Below are positions 25,160 to 32,605 of a stretch of DNA of 32,605 nucleotides, piece by piece. Origin of the DNA: Patescibacteria group bacterium (lineage in GTDB: Bacteria > Patescibacteriota > WWE3 > 9FT-COMBO-53-11); assembly GCA_040900215.1 (NCBI GenBank), contig JBBDZL010000027.1, positions 28,300-60,904 of the forward strand. Direction: 5' to 3'. Position numbers and translations under genes: made by a program. Below the pieces are notes generated by a model, which had not been told where the DNA came from, did no database searches, and saw only the letters and a list, made by a program, of their open reading frames with translations. The number at the start of each line of letters is the position of its first letter. The first letter of the stretch is position 1.

Positions 25160-25447
25160 GTGGCTAAGAAAACCCGCCGGGAAAAAGAAATCGCCGAACT
25201 CCGCCGGCAGCTGGAGGCCCTTAAGGCCCAAACCAAGAACTACCGAAAAGCAGAAGAGCCCGCTCCGACCGAAGAAGAACCAACGCAGGTGGGAAAGCTG
25301 GCCGGAGGCCAGTCGTCCGCTGGACGAGAAACCGCGGTAAAAATCCGCCGGGTTGACCCCAAATTCATTAAGAAAGATTTGCTAAAGACGCTGGTTCTCA
25401 CGATCCTGGCTCTAGCGCTCCTCGCCCTCGCCGTCGGACTTATCTAG
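25160..25447 (+). CDS. Small hypothetical tail-anchored membrane protein (charged coiled-coil N-terminus, C-terminal TM helix)
   Basis: 95 aa with a GTG start 6 nt after a consensus TATAAT (25148-25153). C-terminus LLKTLVLTILALALLALAVGLI. No homology recognised. Confidence 0.5.
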   Translation: MAKKTRREKEIAELRRQLEALKAQTKNYRKAEEPAPTEEEPTQVGKLAGGQSSAGRETAVKIRRVDPKFIKKDLLKTLVLTILALALLALAVGLI

Positions 25448-26970
25448 AGTTCCTCTCGAGGTCGATATTGGAGTGCCTCCGCTATGTGTTCGGGGAGGAT
25501 CTCGGCTACTCCGGCCAAATCGGCCACCGTCCGGGCCACTTTCAAAACCTTGTGGTAGGCTCGGGCCGAGAGCGCCATTTGCGAAACCGCCTGGCGGATC
25601 AGCGTCTGGGCCTCGGCCGTCGCCGGGCAATAGAGCAGTACTTCCTTGGAGGAGAGCTCGCCGTTGCTGTAGATATTCTTCCCCTCGTAGCGAGCCAGCT
25701 GAAGGTTCCGCGCCGCCTGAACCTCCTCTCTGATCCGCTTACTGCTTTCCGCCAACGGCTGGCTGCTCATCAGTTTTTCGGTCTTGACCGCTGGAACTTC
25801 CACGTGAAGGTCGATTCGGTCCAAGATCGGGCCGGAAACTTTCTTCTTGTATTGGGAAATCTGGTGGGCGGTGCAGGTACAGCGGCGGCGGGGATCGCCG
25901 AGGAAACCGCAAGGGCAGGGGTTCTCCGCCGTCACCAGCAGGAACTTCGCCGGAAAAGTAATCGTTCCCGCCGCCCGCGAAACCGTGACCACTCCGTCCT
26001 CCAATGGCTGGCGTAAGGCTTCCAAAACATGGCGGGGAAACTCCGGGAACTCGTCCAGGAAAAGTACGCCGCGGTGGGCTAAGGAAATTTCACCAGGCGA
26101 AGGCCGGGTCCCGCCCCCGATCAAGCCGATCCGGGAAGTGGTGTGGTGAGGAGAACGGAAGGGACGCCGTTTTACCAGGGCTTCTCCGGGGGGAAGGTTT
26201 CCCGAGATCGAATAGATTTTGGTTACCTCTAGCGCTTCGGCAGGAGCCAGCTGGGGAAGGATGGAAGGCAGGGCCCGCGCCATCAGGGTCTTGCCCGCTC
26301 CGGGAGGGCCGGCCAGCCGCAGGTTATGGCCTCCGGCGGCGGCGATTTCGAAGGCCCGCTTGGCGTGCTCTTGGCCCAGAATATCGCCGAAATCGAATTC
26401 GGCCTCTTCTTCCTTAATCAGGTCAGAGATCTCGGCGGTTTCAGCATGGTCAATTTTCTTTAAGCCGAGGAAGTGCTGCATCAAGTCATAGAGGGTGGCG
26501 ACCGGATAGACCTCGACCCCGTGGACGATCGAGGCCTCGGCGGAATTAACAGCCGGCAAGAATACCCGTCTGATCCTTTCCTCTTTGGCAAGCAAAACCG
26601 CCGGCAGAACGCCGGGGGTTGAGCGGAGCGACCCATCCAGCGAAAGCTCTCCCAGCACCAGGATATCCTGCAGTTCGGTCGGAATCTGCCCGGAGGCCAT
26701 TAGTATTCCCAGAGCGATCGGCAGATCGTAATAGGAACCCTCTTTCTTCAGATCAGCCGGGGCGAGATTGACGGTAATGCGGTAGTTGGGGAAATCGGCT
26801 TCGGTGTTAATAATGGCCGAGCGGACCCGGTCGCGGCTTTCCTCGACCGCTTTATCGGGCAGACCCACAATCGTAAAAGCCGGGAAACCCCGCTTCTCGA
26901 TATCCACTTCAACCCGAACCGGGATAGCATTGAGGCCGATCGTAGCGGCGGAAGTAATTTTCGCCAGCAT
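25444..26970 (-). CDS. YifB/ComM-family Mg-chelatase-like AAA+ ATPase
   Basis: MLAKITSAATIGLNAIPVRVEVDI..., Walker A GPPGAGKT, VLFLDEFPEF, and a C-terminal SARAYHKVLKVARTVADL. Confidence 0.95.
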   Translation of the reverse strand: MLAKITSAATIGLNAIPVRVEVDIEKRGFPAFTIVGLPDKAVEESRDRVRSAIINTEADFPNYRITVNLAPADLKKEGSYYDLPIALGILMASGQIPTELQDILVLGELSLDGSLRSTPGVLPAVLLAKEERIRRVFLPAVNSAEASIVHGVEVYPVATLYDLMQHFLGLKKIDHAETAEISDLIKEEEAEFDFGDILGQEHAKRAFEIAAAGGHNLRLAGPPGAGKTLMARALPSILPQLAPAEALEVTKIYSISGNLPPGEALVKRRPFRSPHHTTSRIGLIGGGTRPSPGEISLAHRGVLFLDEFPEFPRHVLEALRQPLEDGVVTVSRAAGTITFPAKFLLVTAENPCPCGFLGDPRRRCTCTAHQISQYKKKVSGPILDRIDLHVEVPAVKTEKLMSSQPLAESSKRIREEVQAARNLQLARYEGKNIYSNGELSSKEVLLYCPATAEAQTLIRQAVSQMALSARAYHKVLKVARTVADLAGVAEILPEHIAEALQYRPREEL

Positions 26971-27013
26971 TTTGCTCCCAGCATAACACTGATCTGGAGA
27001 AAATCAAGCGGCC

Positions 27014-27041
27014 ATGTGACGGCTCGCTTTGCGAACCTAGC
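27014..27041 (+). repeat. Single diverged copy of the GAC-hairpin-TAG repeat family
   Basis: ATGTGAC-GGCTCGC-TTT-GCGAACC-TAGC has the same flanks and stem register as the copies at 12.7 kb and 30.9 kb, including the C.A mismatch at stem position 3. An outer GCGGC(27008-27012)/GCCGC(27040-27044) pairing encloses it. Confidence 0.6.
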
Positions 27042-27064
27042 CGCTCCCGTTTTTCAAACGGGCG

Positions 27065-27073
27065 TGGTAAAAT
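27065..27073 (+). promoter_or_regulatory. Extended -10 TGGTAAAAT upstream of the RNase P RNA gene
   Basis: Ends about 8 nt before the first P1 nucleotide (27082). An identical 9-mer is at 4452-4460. Confidence 0.5.
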
Positions 27074-27079
27074 GTAACT

Positions 27080-27480
27080 GTGTGGGAAATCGGATGACCG
27101 CCCCACTACGCGTAAAGCTATGAGGGGAGGAAAGTCCTGACTCCTTAGAGCAAGGGCCGGGCCGCAAGGCCCGACGGGCAACCGCTGGTGCCCCGACGCG
27201 AAAGCCGTCGGGGACAGGCCGGGAATCAACTCGGCCTGAGAGCAACAGAGACGATCCTTCGACTAAACTCAGGATAAAGCTTCTCATTTTGGGAAGACTT
27301 GCCCCGAGCATGTCGAGGGGGTGAAACGGGCAATCCCACCTGGAGCAATCCACGAACGCACCTGAGGCTGCTCGCCGATGCTTTCGATGACAATTTTTGG
27401 CCAACGGAGGCGAGGTGCAAAGATGGAGCTTAGAGAGATGGTCGTTTAAAACAGAATCAGGCTTACGGGTTTCCCACGCA
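27080..27480 (+). ncRNA. rnpB: RNase P RNA, bacterial type A
   Basis: P1 GTGGGAAA(27082-27089)/TTTCCCAC(27470-27477). CR-I GGAGGAAAGTCC (about 27126-27137), GGGTGAAACGGG, and CR-V ACAGAATCAGGCTTAC (27451-27466). ORFs called across it on the minus strand are artefacts. Confidence 0.88.
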
Positions 27481-27487
27481 TAAAAAA

Positions 27488-27509
27488 ATCGCCGAGAGGC
27501 GGTTTTTTT
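27488..27509 (+). terminator. Rho-independent terminator after rnpB
   Basis: Short hairpin CGCC-GAGA-GGCG followed by a T7 run. Confidence 0.55.
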
Positions 27510-27526
27510 GTTTTGCCGAAAAACTA

Positions 27527-27542
27527 GCCCGCTTAAGCGGGC
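27527..27542. terminator. Bidirectional hairpin GCCCGC-TTAA-GCGGGC between rnpB and the convergent permease gene
   Basis: A perfect 6-bp GC stem. T-rich tracts follow it on both strands (gtccttttta on plus, tagttttt on minus). Confidence 0.55.
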
Positions 27543-27549
27543 GTCCTTT

Positions 27550-28548
27550 TTATTTCCGAGAGTGGTTCCAGTCCAACAGGTCTTTGACCAGAATGTTCAA
27601 CAACAGAGCCGCCGGGATCGAGAGGACGGCACCCCCGATTCCGAAAAGCTGGGCGCCGGCAAAAACGATCAAGAGCGTCATCAGCGGGGAAAAGCCGGTC
27701 GCCCGCCCCATCACGTTCGGCACGATCAGCGAATTCTCCAGTTGCTGAATCACGATGTAAAGAAGTAGGATCCAGACCCCCAAGCCGAAGGAGGTTCCAA
27801 AACCGACCAGAATCGCCGGCACGGCCGAAAAGATCGGTCCGATAGTCGGAATTACTTCCAGCAGGCCGGCGATCACCGCCAGCGGCAGGGCATATTCTAC
27901 TCCGAGGGCAAACAGACCTAAATAAGAAAGGACGCCAATCACCACCATTAAAATAAGTTGGCCGCGCAGCCAACCCCCCAAGTGCTTCTCCATTGATTCG
28001 ACGATCCGCCGCACCCGCACCTGCGCCCGCGAGTTAAGCATTCCTGCCAACCGTCCCTTAAGATTTTCCCAATCCAAGAGGAAATAAAAGGTAAGAAAAA
28101 GAACGACCACCAAGAAAAGGATATTGGCGACGACCGCCCCCGCAATCGTCAAGATATTGGCCGAGAGGATGGTCGCCTGGGAAACCAGCTGCTGCTGCAG
28201 CTCCGCCGCGAAGGGCAGCGGCCCCAGGCTGTTCAGGATCGGCGTCAAAAACTGGGGCAGATTTACAATGAACTTGCCGATTTGATCCACCATCGGCGTA
28301 AAGCCGTAAGCCAGCAAGCCGAGGAGAATAGCCAAAAAGAAGAGGAAGACCAGGAACACCCCGATCGGCCTCGGCACCCGGATTTTCTTAAGCTTCACTA
28401 CCAGCGGGTCCAGCGCCAATCCAAAGATCAGCGCGATAAAAACCGCCAGCAGGACCACCCTAATCTGGATCATCACCCAAACGGCGGCGATGGTGATTAA
28501 CCCCAGGATGATGGTCCGCGGCGTTATCTCGTAGTGGCGGTCTAACAT
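27550..28548 (-). CDS. AI-2E family transporter (PerM/UPF0118)
   Basis: 332 aa with multiple TM segments. The C-terminal region LLEVIPTIGPIFSAVPAILV...IVIQQLENSLIVPNVMG is typical of the family. Confidence 0.85.
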   Translation of the reverse strand: MLDRHYEITPRTIILGLITIAAVWVMIQIRVVLLAVFIALIFGLALDPLVVKLKKIRVPRPIGVFLVFLFFLAILLGLLAYGFTPMVDQIGKFIVNLPQFLTPILNSLGPLPFAAELQQQLVSQATILSANILTIAGAVVANILFLVVVLFLTFYFLLDWENLKGRLAGMLNSRAQVRVRRIVESMEKHLGGWLRGQLILMVVIGVLSYLGLFALGVEYALPLAVIAGLLEVIPTIGPIFSAVPAILVGFGTSFGLGVWILLLYIVIQQLENSLIVPNVMGRATGFSPLMTLLIVFAGAQLFGIGGAVLSIPAALLLNILVKDLLDWNHSRK

Positions 28549-28562
28549 TTCAAATTAGTGTA

Positions 28563-28844
28563 TCACTTCCCCTCAATCGTCTTCTTCAGGGCTACTCCCG
28601 CAATAAAAGCGGGGGTCAGGTGCTCGGGAATCTGCACCCGCTGACCTGTCCGCGGAACCCTTCCTAAGCGGGCTTTTCTTTTTCGCACCTCGAAGGTCCC
28701 GAATCCGGTAATGGTGACCCTCTCCCCGTTCGCCAGTCCCCGCCCGACTACCCCCAGGAAAGAATTCACAATCCTCTCTGTCCGGGCAAACGGCAAGCCG
28801 ATTTCTTTGGCGACATCGTAGATAACGGCGGTTTTATTCATCAA
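28563..28844 (-). CDS. hup: HU-family nucleoid-associated DNA-binding protein
   Basis: 93 aa with GFGTFEVRKRKARLGRVPRTGQRVQIP (the HU/IHF beta-arm). Confidence 0.9.
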   Translation of the reverse strand: MMNKTAVIYDVAKEIGLPFARTERIVNSFLGVVGRGLANGERVTITGFGTFEVRKRKARLGRVPRTGQRVQIPEHLTPAFIAGVALKKTIEGK

Positions 28845-29670
28845 ACATCACCATCCTATCCATCCTCTCAATTCTTTTTACACTATTTCCCTTACCTATC
28901 TCAATAAGCACCGAATTGAAAACCGCCGGCCCTTCCTCCGGCCATTGGAAGGGCAAGGCTTCGCCTCCGGAGAGGCGGGAAATGATGATCTGAGATTCCA
29001 CTCCCAAGACCGAGTCGCGGGCTCCCACCATCCCTAAGTCGGTCACGTAGGCCGTTCCCTTGGGAAGGATCGCCGGATCGGCCGTAGGGATGTGAGTATG
29101 AGTTCCCACCAAAGCGCCCACCCTCCCATCCAGGAAAAATCCCAGCGCGCGCTTTTCGGAACTCCATTCGGCATGGAAATCCACCAGAATCAGATCGGGA
29201 TTGGCCGCCGAAATCTCTTTAAGAGCCGCTTCGGCCGCCCCGAACGGGTTGGCCACTTCTCCCTTCAGCCAGGGGCGATGGCGCTCATCCTCCTCCAGCT
29301 TCTCCCCCAGATTTCCTAAGCCCAAAAGGCTCAAGACCGCGACTCTCTCCCTCCCCGCTTCGACGATCTTAAAGCCTTCCCCCGGGGCGGAAGAGGGAAG
29401 ATTGTAGGATCGGATAATGGGAATCGAAGGATCGGAGAAAGGCGCTTCGGGATCAAGATAAAAGATGTGAGGGCCGGCGGTAAAGAAATCCACCCCCGCC
29501 GCCATTAGCTCCTTGAGGTGGGTGGTCTTCGCCCCCCGGCCGTGAGTCACATTCTCGGCTTGGGCCACCACAAAATCAATCCCCTCCCTCTTCCGAAGCT
29601 CCGGCAAAACCTTGGCGACCGTCTGCCGGCCGAGCTTTCCAACCACATCACCAATGAAAAGAAGTTTCAT
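28834..29670 (-). CDS. ymdB: YmdB-like metallophosphoesterase (TIGR00282 family, 2',3'-cyclic-nucleotide phosphodiesterase)
   Basis: MKLLFIGDVVGKLGR...VVAQAENVTHGRG...DFHAEWSSEK...GTHTHIPTAD. Lies immediately downstream of rny, as in Firmicutes. Confidence 0.9.
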   Translation of the reverse strand: MKLLFIGDVVGKLGRQTVAKVLPELRKREGIDFVVAQAENVTHGRGAKTTHLKELMAAGVDFFTAGPHIFYLDPEAPFSDPSIPIIRSYNLPSSAPGEGFKIVEAGRERVAVLSLLGLGNLGEKLEEDERHRPWLKGEVANPFGAAEAALKEISAANPDLILVDFHAEWSSEKRALGFFLDGRVGALVGTHTHIPTADPAILPKGTAYVTDLGMVGARDSVLGVESQIIISRLSGGEALPFQWPEEGPAVFNSVLIEIGKGNSVKRIERMDRMVMFDE

Positions 29671-30894
29671 TTAAACTTGCGATTCAAACCGCGCTTCGCG
29701 GATCACGACCACTTTCACTCCCCCGGGGGTGATCACTTGCGCCTTGACCCGCTGGCCCACCTCCCGCGCCAGCTGGGACGCCTGCTCGTCGGAGACTTCC
29801 CCGGCCCGGACGATCACCCGCAGTTCCCGGCCGGCGGAGATGGCGTAAGCGTCTTGGACTCCCGCCAAAGATTTGGCGATTTCCTCCAGATCTTTGACCC
29901 GTTTGACGTAACCTTCAATATCTTCATAGCGGGCGCCGGGGCGGGAACCGGAGATCGCATCGGCGATGTAGACCAGCTCGGCCTCCACCGATTTCTTTTC
30001 TTCCCGGTCGTGGTGGGAAGCGGCGGCATTGACCAGCTTCTCGGGAAAACCGAACCGTTCCAGGATCTTGCGCGTCAGAACATCGTGCGGCTCCCCCTCT
30101 TCGCTGGTGGCTACTTTACCGATATCGTGGAAGAGCGCTGCCGCTTTGGCCAGTTCGACATCCGCCCCCACCTCCGCCGCCAAATACGAAACCAGCTTCA
30201 CCATTTCCAACGAATGCTTGGCCAGATTCTGGCCGTAGGAGGTTCGGAACTTGAATCTCCCCAAGAGATCAATAATTCCCGCCGGCAGTCCGCCTAAGCC
30301 GGCCTCGAGGGCAATCCGCTCCCCTTCTCTTCTAATCTCCTGGTCGATCTCACCCTTAACCTTTTCCACCGTGGTCTCAATGCTCTCGGGCTGAAATCTG
30401 TCTTCCCTGATTAGCCGCTCGAGCGCCAAGCGGGCAATGTGGCGGCGGACCGGATCGAAGGAAGAGATTCGGACCGTGGTCGGCGACTCTTCCAGGTCCA
30501 GCTCGACCCCGGTCACGCGTTCAAAAGCCCGCACATTCCTCCCCTCCTTGCCGATGATCTTCCCTTTCCAATCCTCGGAAGGAAGCTGGACAACGGAAAC
30601 GGTAAATTCGGCCACGTAGGAGGTAGCGGCATGATCCATCGCCGAAACCAAGATGTCGCGGGCTCGATCCTCCACGGCCGCTTTCAGCTGCTCTTCGGCT
30701 TCCGCCAAACGGCTCGTTTTTTCATTCCCAATCTCCTGCTCCAGCTCCTTGAGCAGCATCTTCCGGGCATCCTCTCGAGAAAGGGAGGAAGATTTTTGCA
30801 AGGCCTCGATGTATTTTTCTTTTAGCTCCTCAACGGAGAGTTTTTCCAATTTATCTGGATCCTGAGAAGGGTCTTGGGTTTTGTTTTTGTTCAT
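29671..30894 (-). CDS. rny: Ribonuclease Y lacking the N-terminal membrane anchor
   Basis: KH domain GKIIGKEGRNVRAFERVTGVEL and HD domain LFHDIGK...AASHH. 407 aa. An in-frame TGA four codons upstream of the ATG excludes an N-terminal extension. Confidence 0.9.
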   Translation of the reverse strand: MNKNKTQDPSQDPDKLEKLSVEELKEKYIEALQKSSSLSREDARKMLLKELEQEIGNEKTSRLAEAEEQLKAAVEDRARDILVSAMDHAATSYVAEFTVSVVQLPSEDWKGKIIGKEGRNVRAFERVTGVELDLEESPTTVRISSFDPVRRHIARLALERLIREDRFQPESIETTVEKVKGEIDQEIRREGERIALEAGLGGLPAGIIDLLGRFKFRTSYGQNLAKHSLEMVKLVSYLAAEVGADVELAKAAALFHDIGKVATSEEGEPHDVLTRKILERFGFPEKLVNAAASHHDREEKKSVEAELVYIADAISGSRPGARYEDIEGYVKRVKDLEEIAKSLAGVQDAYAISAGRELRVIVRAGEVSDEQASQLAREVGQRVKAQVITPGGVKVVVIREARFESQV

Positions 30895-30905
30895 TTTGTT
30901 TCTTC

Positions 30906-30981
30906 AAAATGCTAGGTCGTTTCTCCGGCCGTCCATTTTGGTTCTCCAAAATGCTAGGGCGTTTCGGCGCCCGTCCATTTT
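30906..30981 (-). repeat. Two tandem copies (42-nt period) of the GAC-hairpin-TAG repeat family in the recA-rny spacer
   Basis: Minus-strand copies AAAATG-GAC-GGGCG-CCGAAA-CGCCC-TAG-CATTTT (30948-30981) and AAAATG-GAC-GGCCG-GAGAAA-CGACC-TAG-CATTTT (30906-30939). Confidence 0.85.
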
Positions 30982-31001
30982 TGTCCATCCTTATAATCAT
31001 T

Positions 31002-32021
31002 CTAAGCTTTTTTGCGAATCTCGGCCTCAATCTCATCAGCTATCTTAGGGCTCTCCGCAATAAAATCGCGAGTGGAGTCACGCCCCGGCCCGAGCTTCTT
31101 TCCTTTGAATTCATAGGAGTTTCCGCTCTTGGTTAAAACTTCCAACTTTTCGCCCAAGTCCACTATCTCTCCCGCCCGATCAATCCCCTGGTTGAAGATA
31201 AGATCAAACTCGGCCTGACGGAAGGGAGGAGCGACTTTGTTCTTGACCACCTTGACCCGCACCCGCGAACCGACCGCTTCTTCATTCTTTTTGAGGGTCG
31301 CAATCCGGCGAATGTCCAGCCGGACGGAAGAGTAAAACTTCAGCGCCAACCCTCCGGGAGTCGTTTCGGGGTTGCCGAAGAGCACGCCGATCTTCTGGCG
31401 GATCTGGTTGGTGAAAACCATCGTGCAGTTTGTTTTGGAAATGATCCCGGCCAGCTTCCGCAGGGCCTGGGACATCAGGCGGGCTTGGCGGCCAATGTGC
31501 TGCTCGCCCATCTCTCCCTCAATTTCGGCTTGGGGAGTAAGCGCGGCCACGGAATCAATCGCGACCAACTCCACCGCCCCCGATCGCACCAGGGTTTCGG
31601 CAATCTGGAGGGCTTGCTCACCGGTGTCCGGCTGGGAGAGCAAGAGTTCCTCCACGTCCACGCCCAATTTCTTGGCGTAGGCCGGATCCAAGGCGTGCTC
31701 GGCGTCAATAAAGGCGGCGGTCCCGCCGATTTTCTGGACTTGGGCAATGATGTTGAGGACCAGCGTGGTTTTACCGGATGCTTCCGGACCGAAAATCTCC
31801 ACAACTCTTCCCTTGGGGACTCCCCCCACCCCTAAGGCCAAATCCAACCCCAAAGAGCCGGTGGAAATCGACTCCACTCGGCCGACGCGGGAGGCAATCT
31901 GCTCCCCCAATTTCATAATCGAACCCCGGCCGAAGGATTTCTCGATCTGTTCGATCGCGCTTTCCAGCGCCCGGGCCTTGCCGGAAGAGGCTTCGGGAGT
32001 CGTTTTTTGAGCTTTAGGCAT
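31002..32021 (-). CDS. recA: Recombinase RecA
   Basis: [22 protein letters not shown]..., Walker [10 protein letters not shown], and [10 protein letters not shown]. The start at 32021 (MPKAQK...) is preferred, because the upstream ATG at 32057 abuts the terminator. Confidence 0.95.
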   Translation of the reverse strand: MPKAQKTTPEASSGKARALESAIEQIEKSFGRGSIMKLGEQIASRVGRVESISTGSLGLDLALGVGGVPKGRVVEIFGPEASGKTTLVLNIIAQVQKIGGTAAFIDAEHALDPAYAKKLGVDVEELLLSQPDTGEQALQIAETLVRSGAVELVAIDSVAALTPQAEIEGEMGEQHIGRQARLMSQALRKLAGIISKTNCTMVFTNQIRQKIGVLFGNPETTPGGLALKFYSSVRLDIRRIATLKKNEEAVGSRVRVKVVKNKVAPPFRQAEFDLIFNQGIDRAGEIVDLGEKLEVLTKSGNSYEFKGKKLGPGRDSTRDFIAESPKIADEIEAEIRKKA

Positions 32022-32057
32022 CCCTTTGATGGTAATGCCTTTAGGGATAAAAAGCAA

Positions 32058-32090
32058 GAAAAAAAGGTCGAAGCCTAGGAGACTTCGACC
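32058..32090 (-). terminator. Rho-independent terminator downstream of the ASCH-like gene
   Basis: On the minus strand, an 8-bp stem GGTCGAAG-tctcctagg-CTTCGACC is followed by a T7 run. Confidence 0.7.
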
Positions 32091-32144
32091 TTAACGTCCG
32101 AACGCCCAATGTCCCGAGCCTCCGCCAGAAAGATTCGGCTCATC

Positions 32145-32501
32145 TTAGAATTCTCCTTCAAAGACGAAGAGGTGCAGAACTGTCACCAAATCGTTCCAGG
32201 TGAGCCCGGGATTCCGGTGCCGCAGGAATTCGGCCAGATGGAAGAGGTCAATCCCGCCTAACGCCCGAACGTCCTCCTCCGGCACATCGGCCAGCCGGCA
32301 GACGTTTCGCTCCCGCACCACGGCCAAAAAACCGCCGCCGGCCTGATTCCGGGAGTCAAGCAGCAGAACCGAATCGTGGAGCTTAAATCCGGATTCCCCG
32401 TCCACAATCAGCGTGAACTCCACCCCCGGCTCCAAAAACCCGTCCGAGTGGATGACGGAACCGTCGCCCAGATCGATCTTGGGAACATTGTCGGCCGGCA
32501 T
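32145..32501 (-). CDS. Small hypothetical protein, possibly ASCH/PUA-like
   Basis: 118 aa from ATG 32501, preceded by SD GGAAGGGAG. The C-terminal pattern RLADVPEEDVRALGG..LFHLAEFLRHRNPG...VTVLHLFVFEG resembles ASCH domains. Weak call. Confidence 0.45.
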   Translation of the reverse strand: MPADNVPKIDLGDGSVIHSDGFLEPGVEFTLIVDGESGFKLHDSVLLLDSRNQAGGGFLAVVRERNVCRLADVPEEDVRALGGIDLFHLAEFLRHRNPGLTWNDLVTVLHLFVFEGEF

Positions 32502-32605
32502 TTTTCTCCCTTCCTTAAAAGATTGGCTTAATTTTACCAGCCGGTTTGGAAAAATCCAAACCGGAGGTAGAATATAATGGTCTAGCAATATGTCGTCGGG
32601 GCGTA

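Noticed and set aside
26909-27420. Three minus-strand ORFs (26909..27229, 27054..27404, 27226..27420).
   Set aside because: They cover the RNase P RNA gene. Conserved rnpB elements and P1 pairing explain the region.
30906-30981. CRISPR array.
   Set aside because: Only two units per locus, only about 8 nt between 34-nt units, no cas genes, and the units are internally palindromic like REP-type elements.
30851-31036. 61-aa ORF reading through the recA-rny repeats (NGRAPKRPSILE / NGRPEKRPSILK), and mini-ORFs MDGRRN... starting at the repeat ATGs.
   Set aside because: The ORF is out of frame with rny, overlaps the recA 3' end and rny 5' end, and its periodicity just mirrors the DNA repeat. The mini-ORFs have poor or mis-spaced SDs. 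The hairpin interpretation explains the conservation pattern better.

Overview
Gene-dense fragment of a bacterial chromosome. The gene content suggests a reduced-genome, CPR/Patescibacteria-like organism: archaeal-type ProRS, AspRS and SAM synthetase, multiple stand-alone GIY-YIG genes, and truncated Rel, RNase Y and SufD. That placement is inference only. Most of the window is housekeeping, largely on the minus strand. (1) A suf Fe-S operon: Rrf2 regulator, SufT-like, SufC, SufB, short SufD, Rieske ferredoxin. (2) tRNA-Gln(CUG) followed by a GIY-YIG gene. (3) gltX, aspS, a short Rel/RSH, recJ, secDF, yifB/comM, RNase P RNA, an AI-2E permease, and hup-ymdB-rny-recA. (4) A plus-strand DsbA-like / DoxX / NDH-2 redox trio. 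The clearly atypical part is a lower-GC, K/N/I-rich segment at about 4.07-11.5 kb. It begins right after tRNA-Gln and is bracketed by two GIY-YIG paralogues in direct orientation. It carries a tightly coupled operon (archaeal-type SAM synthetase, S51 peptidase-like, sulfotransferase-like, ProRS) that converges on a GT-B glycosyltransferase-like gene. This is my best candidate for an accessory or undescribed system, but its function is only hypothesised. Other sequence-level observations: a structured repeat family (GAC-hairpin-TAG, tandem with a 42-nt period) at three intergenic loci; a tRNA-Gln-derived hairpin/pseudo-tRNA 75 nt upstream of the real tRNA; a long structured leader before the SAM synthetase gene; and operator-like repeats in front of the suf regulator. 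No CRISPR array, transposase, integrase or rRNA was seen. All calls rest on motif recognition by eye; no searches were run.
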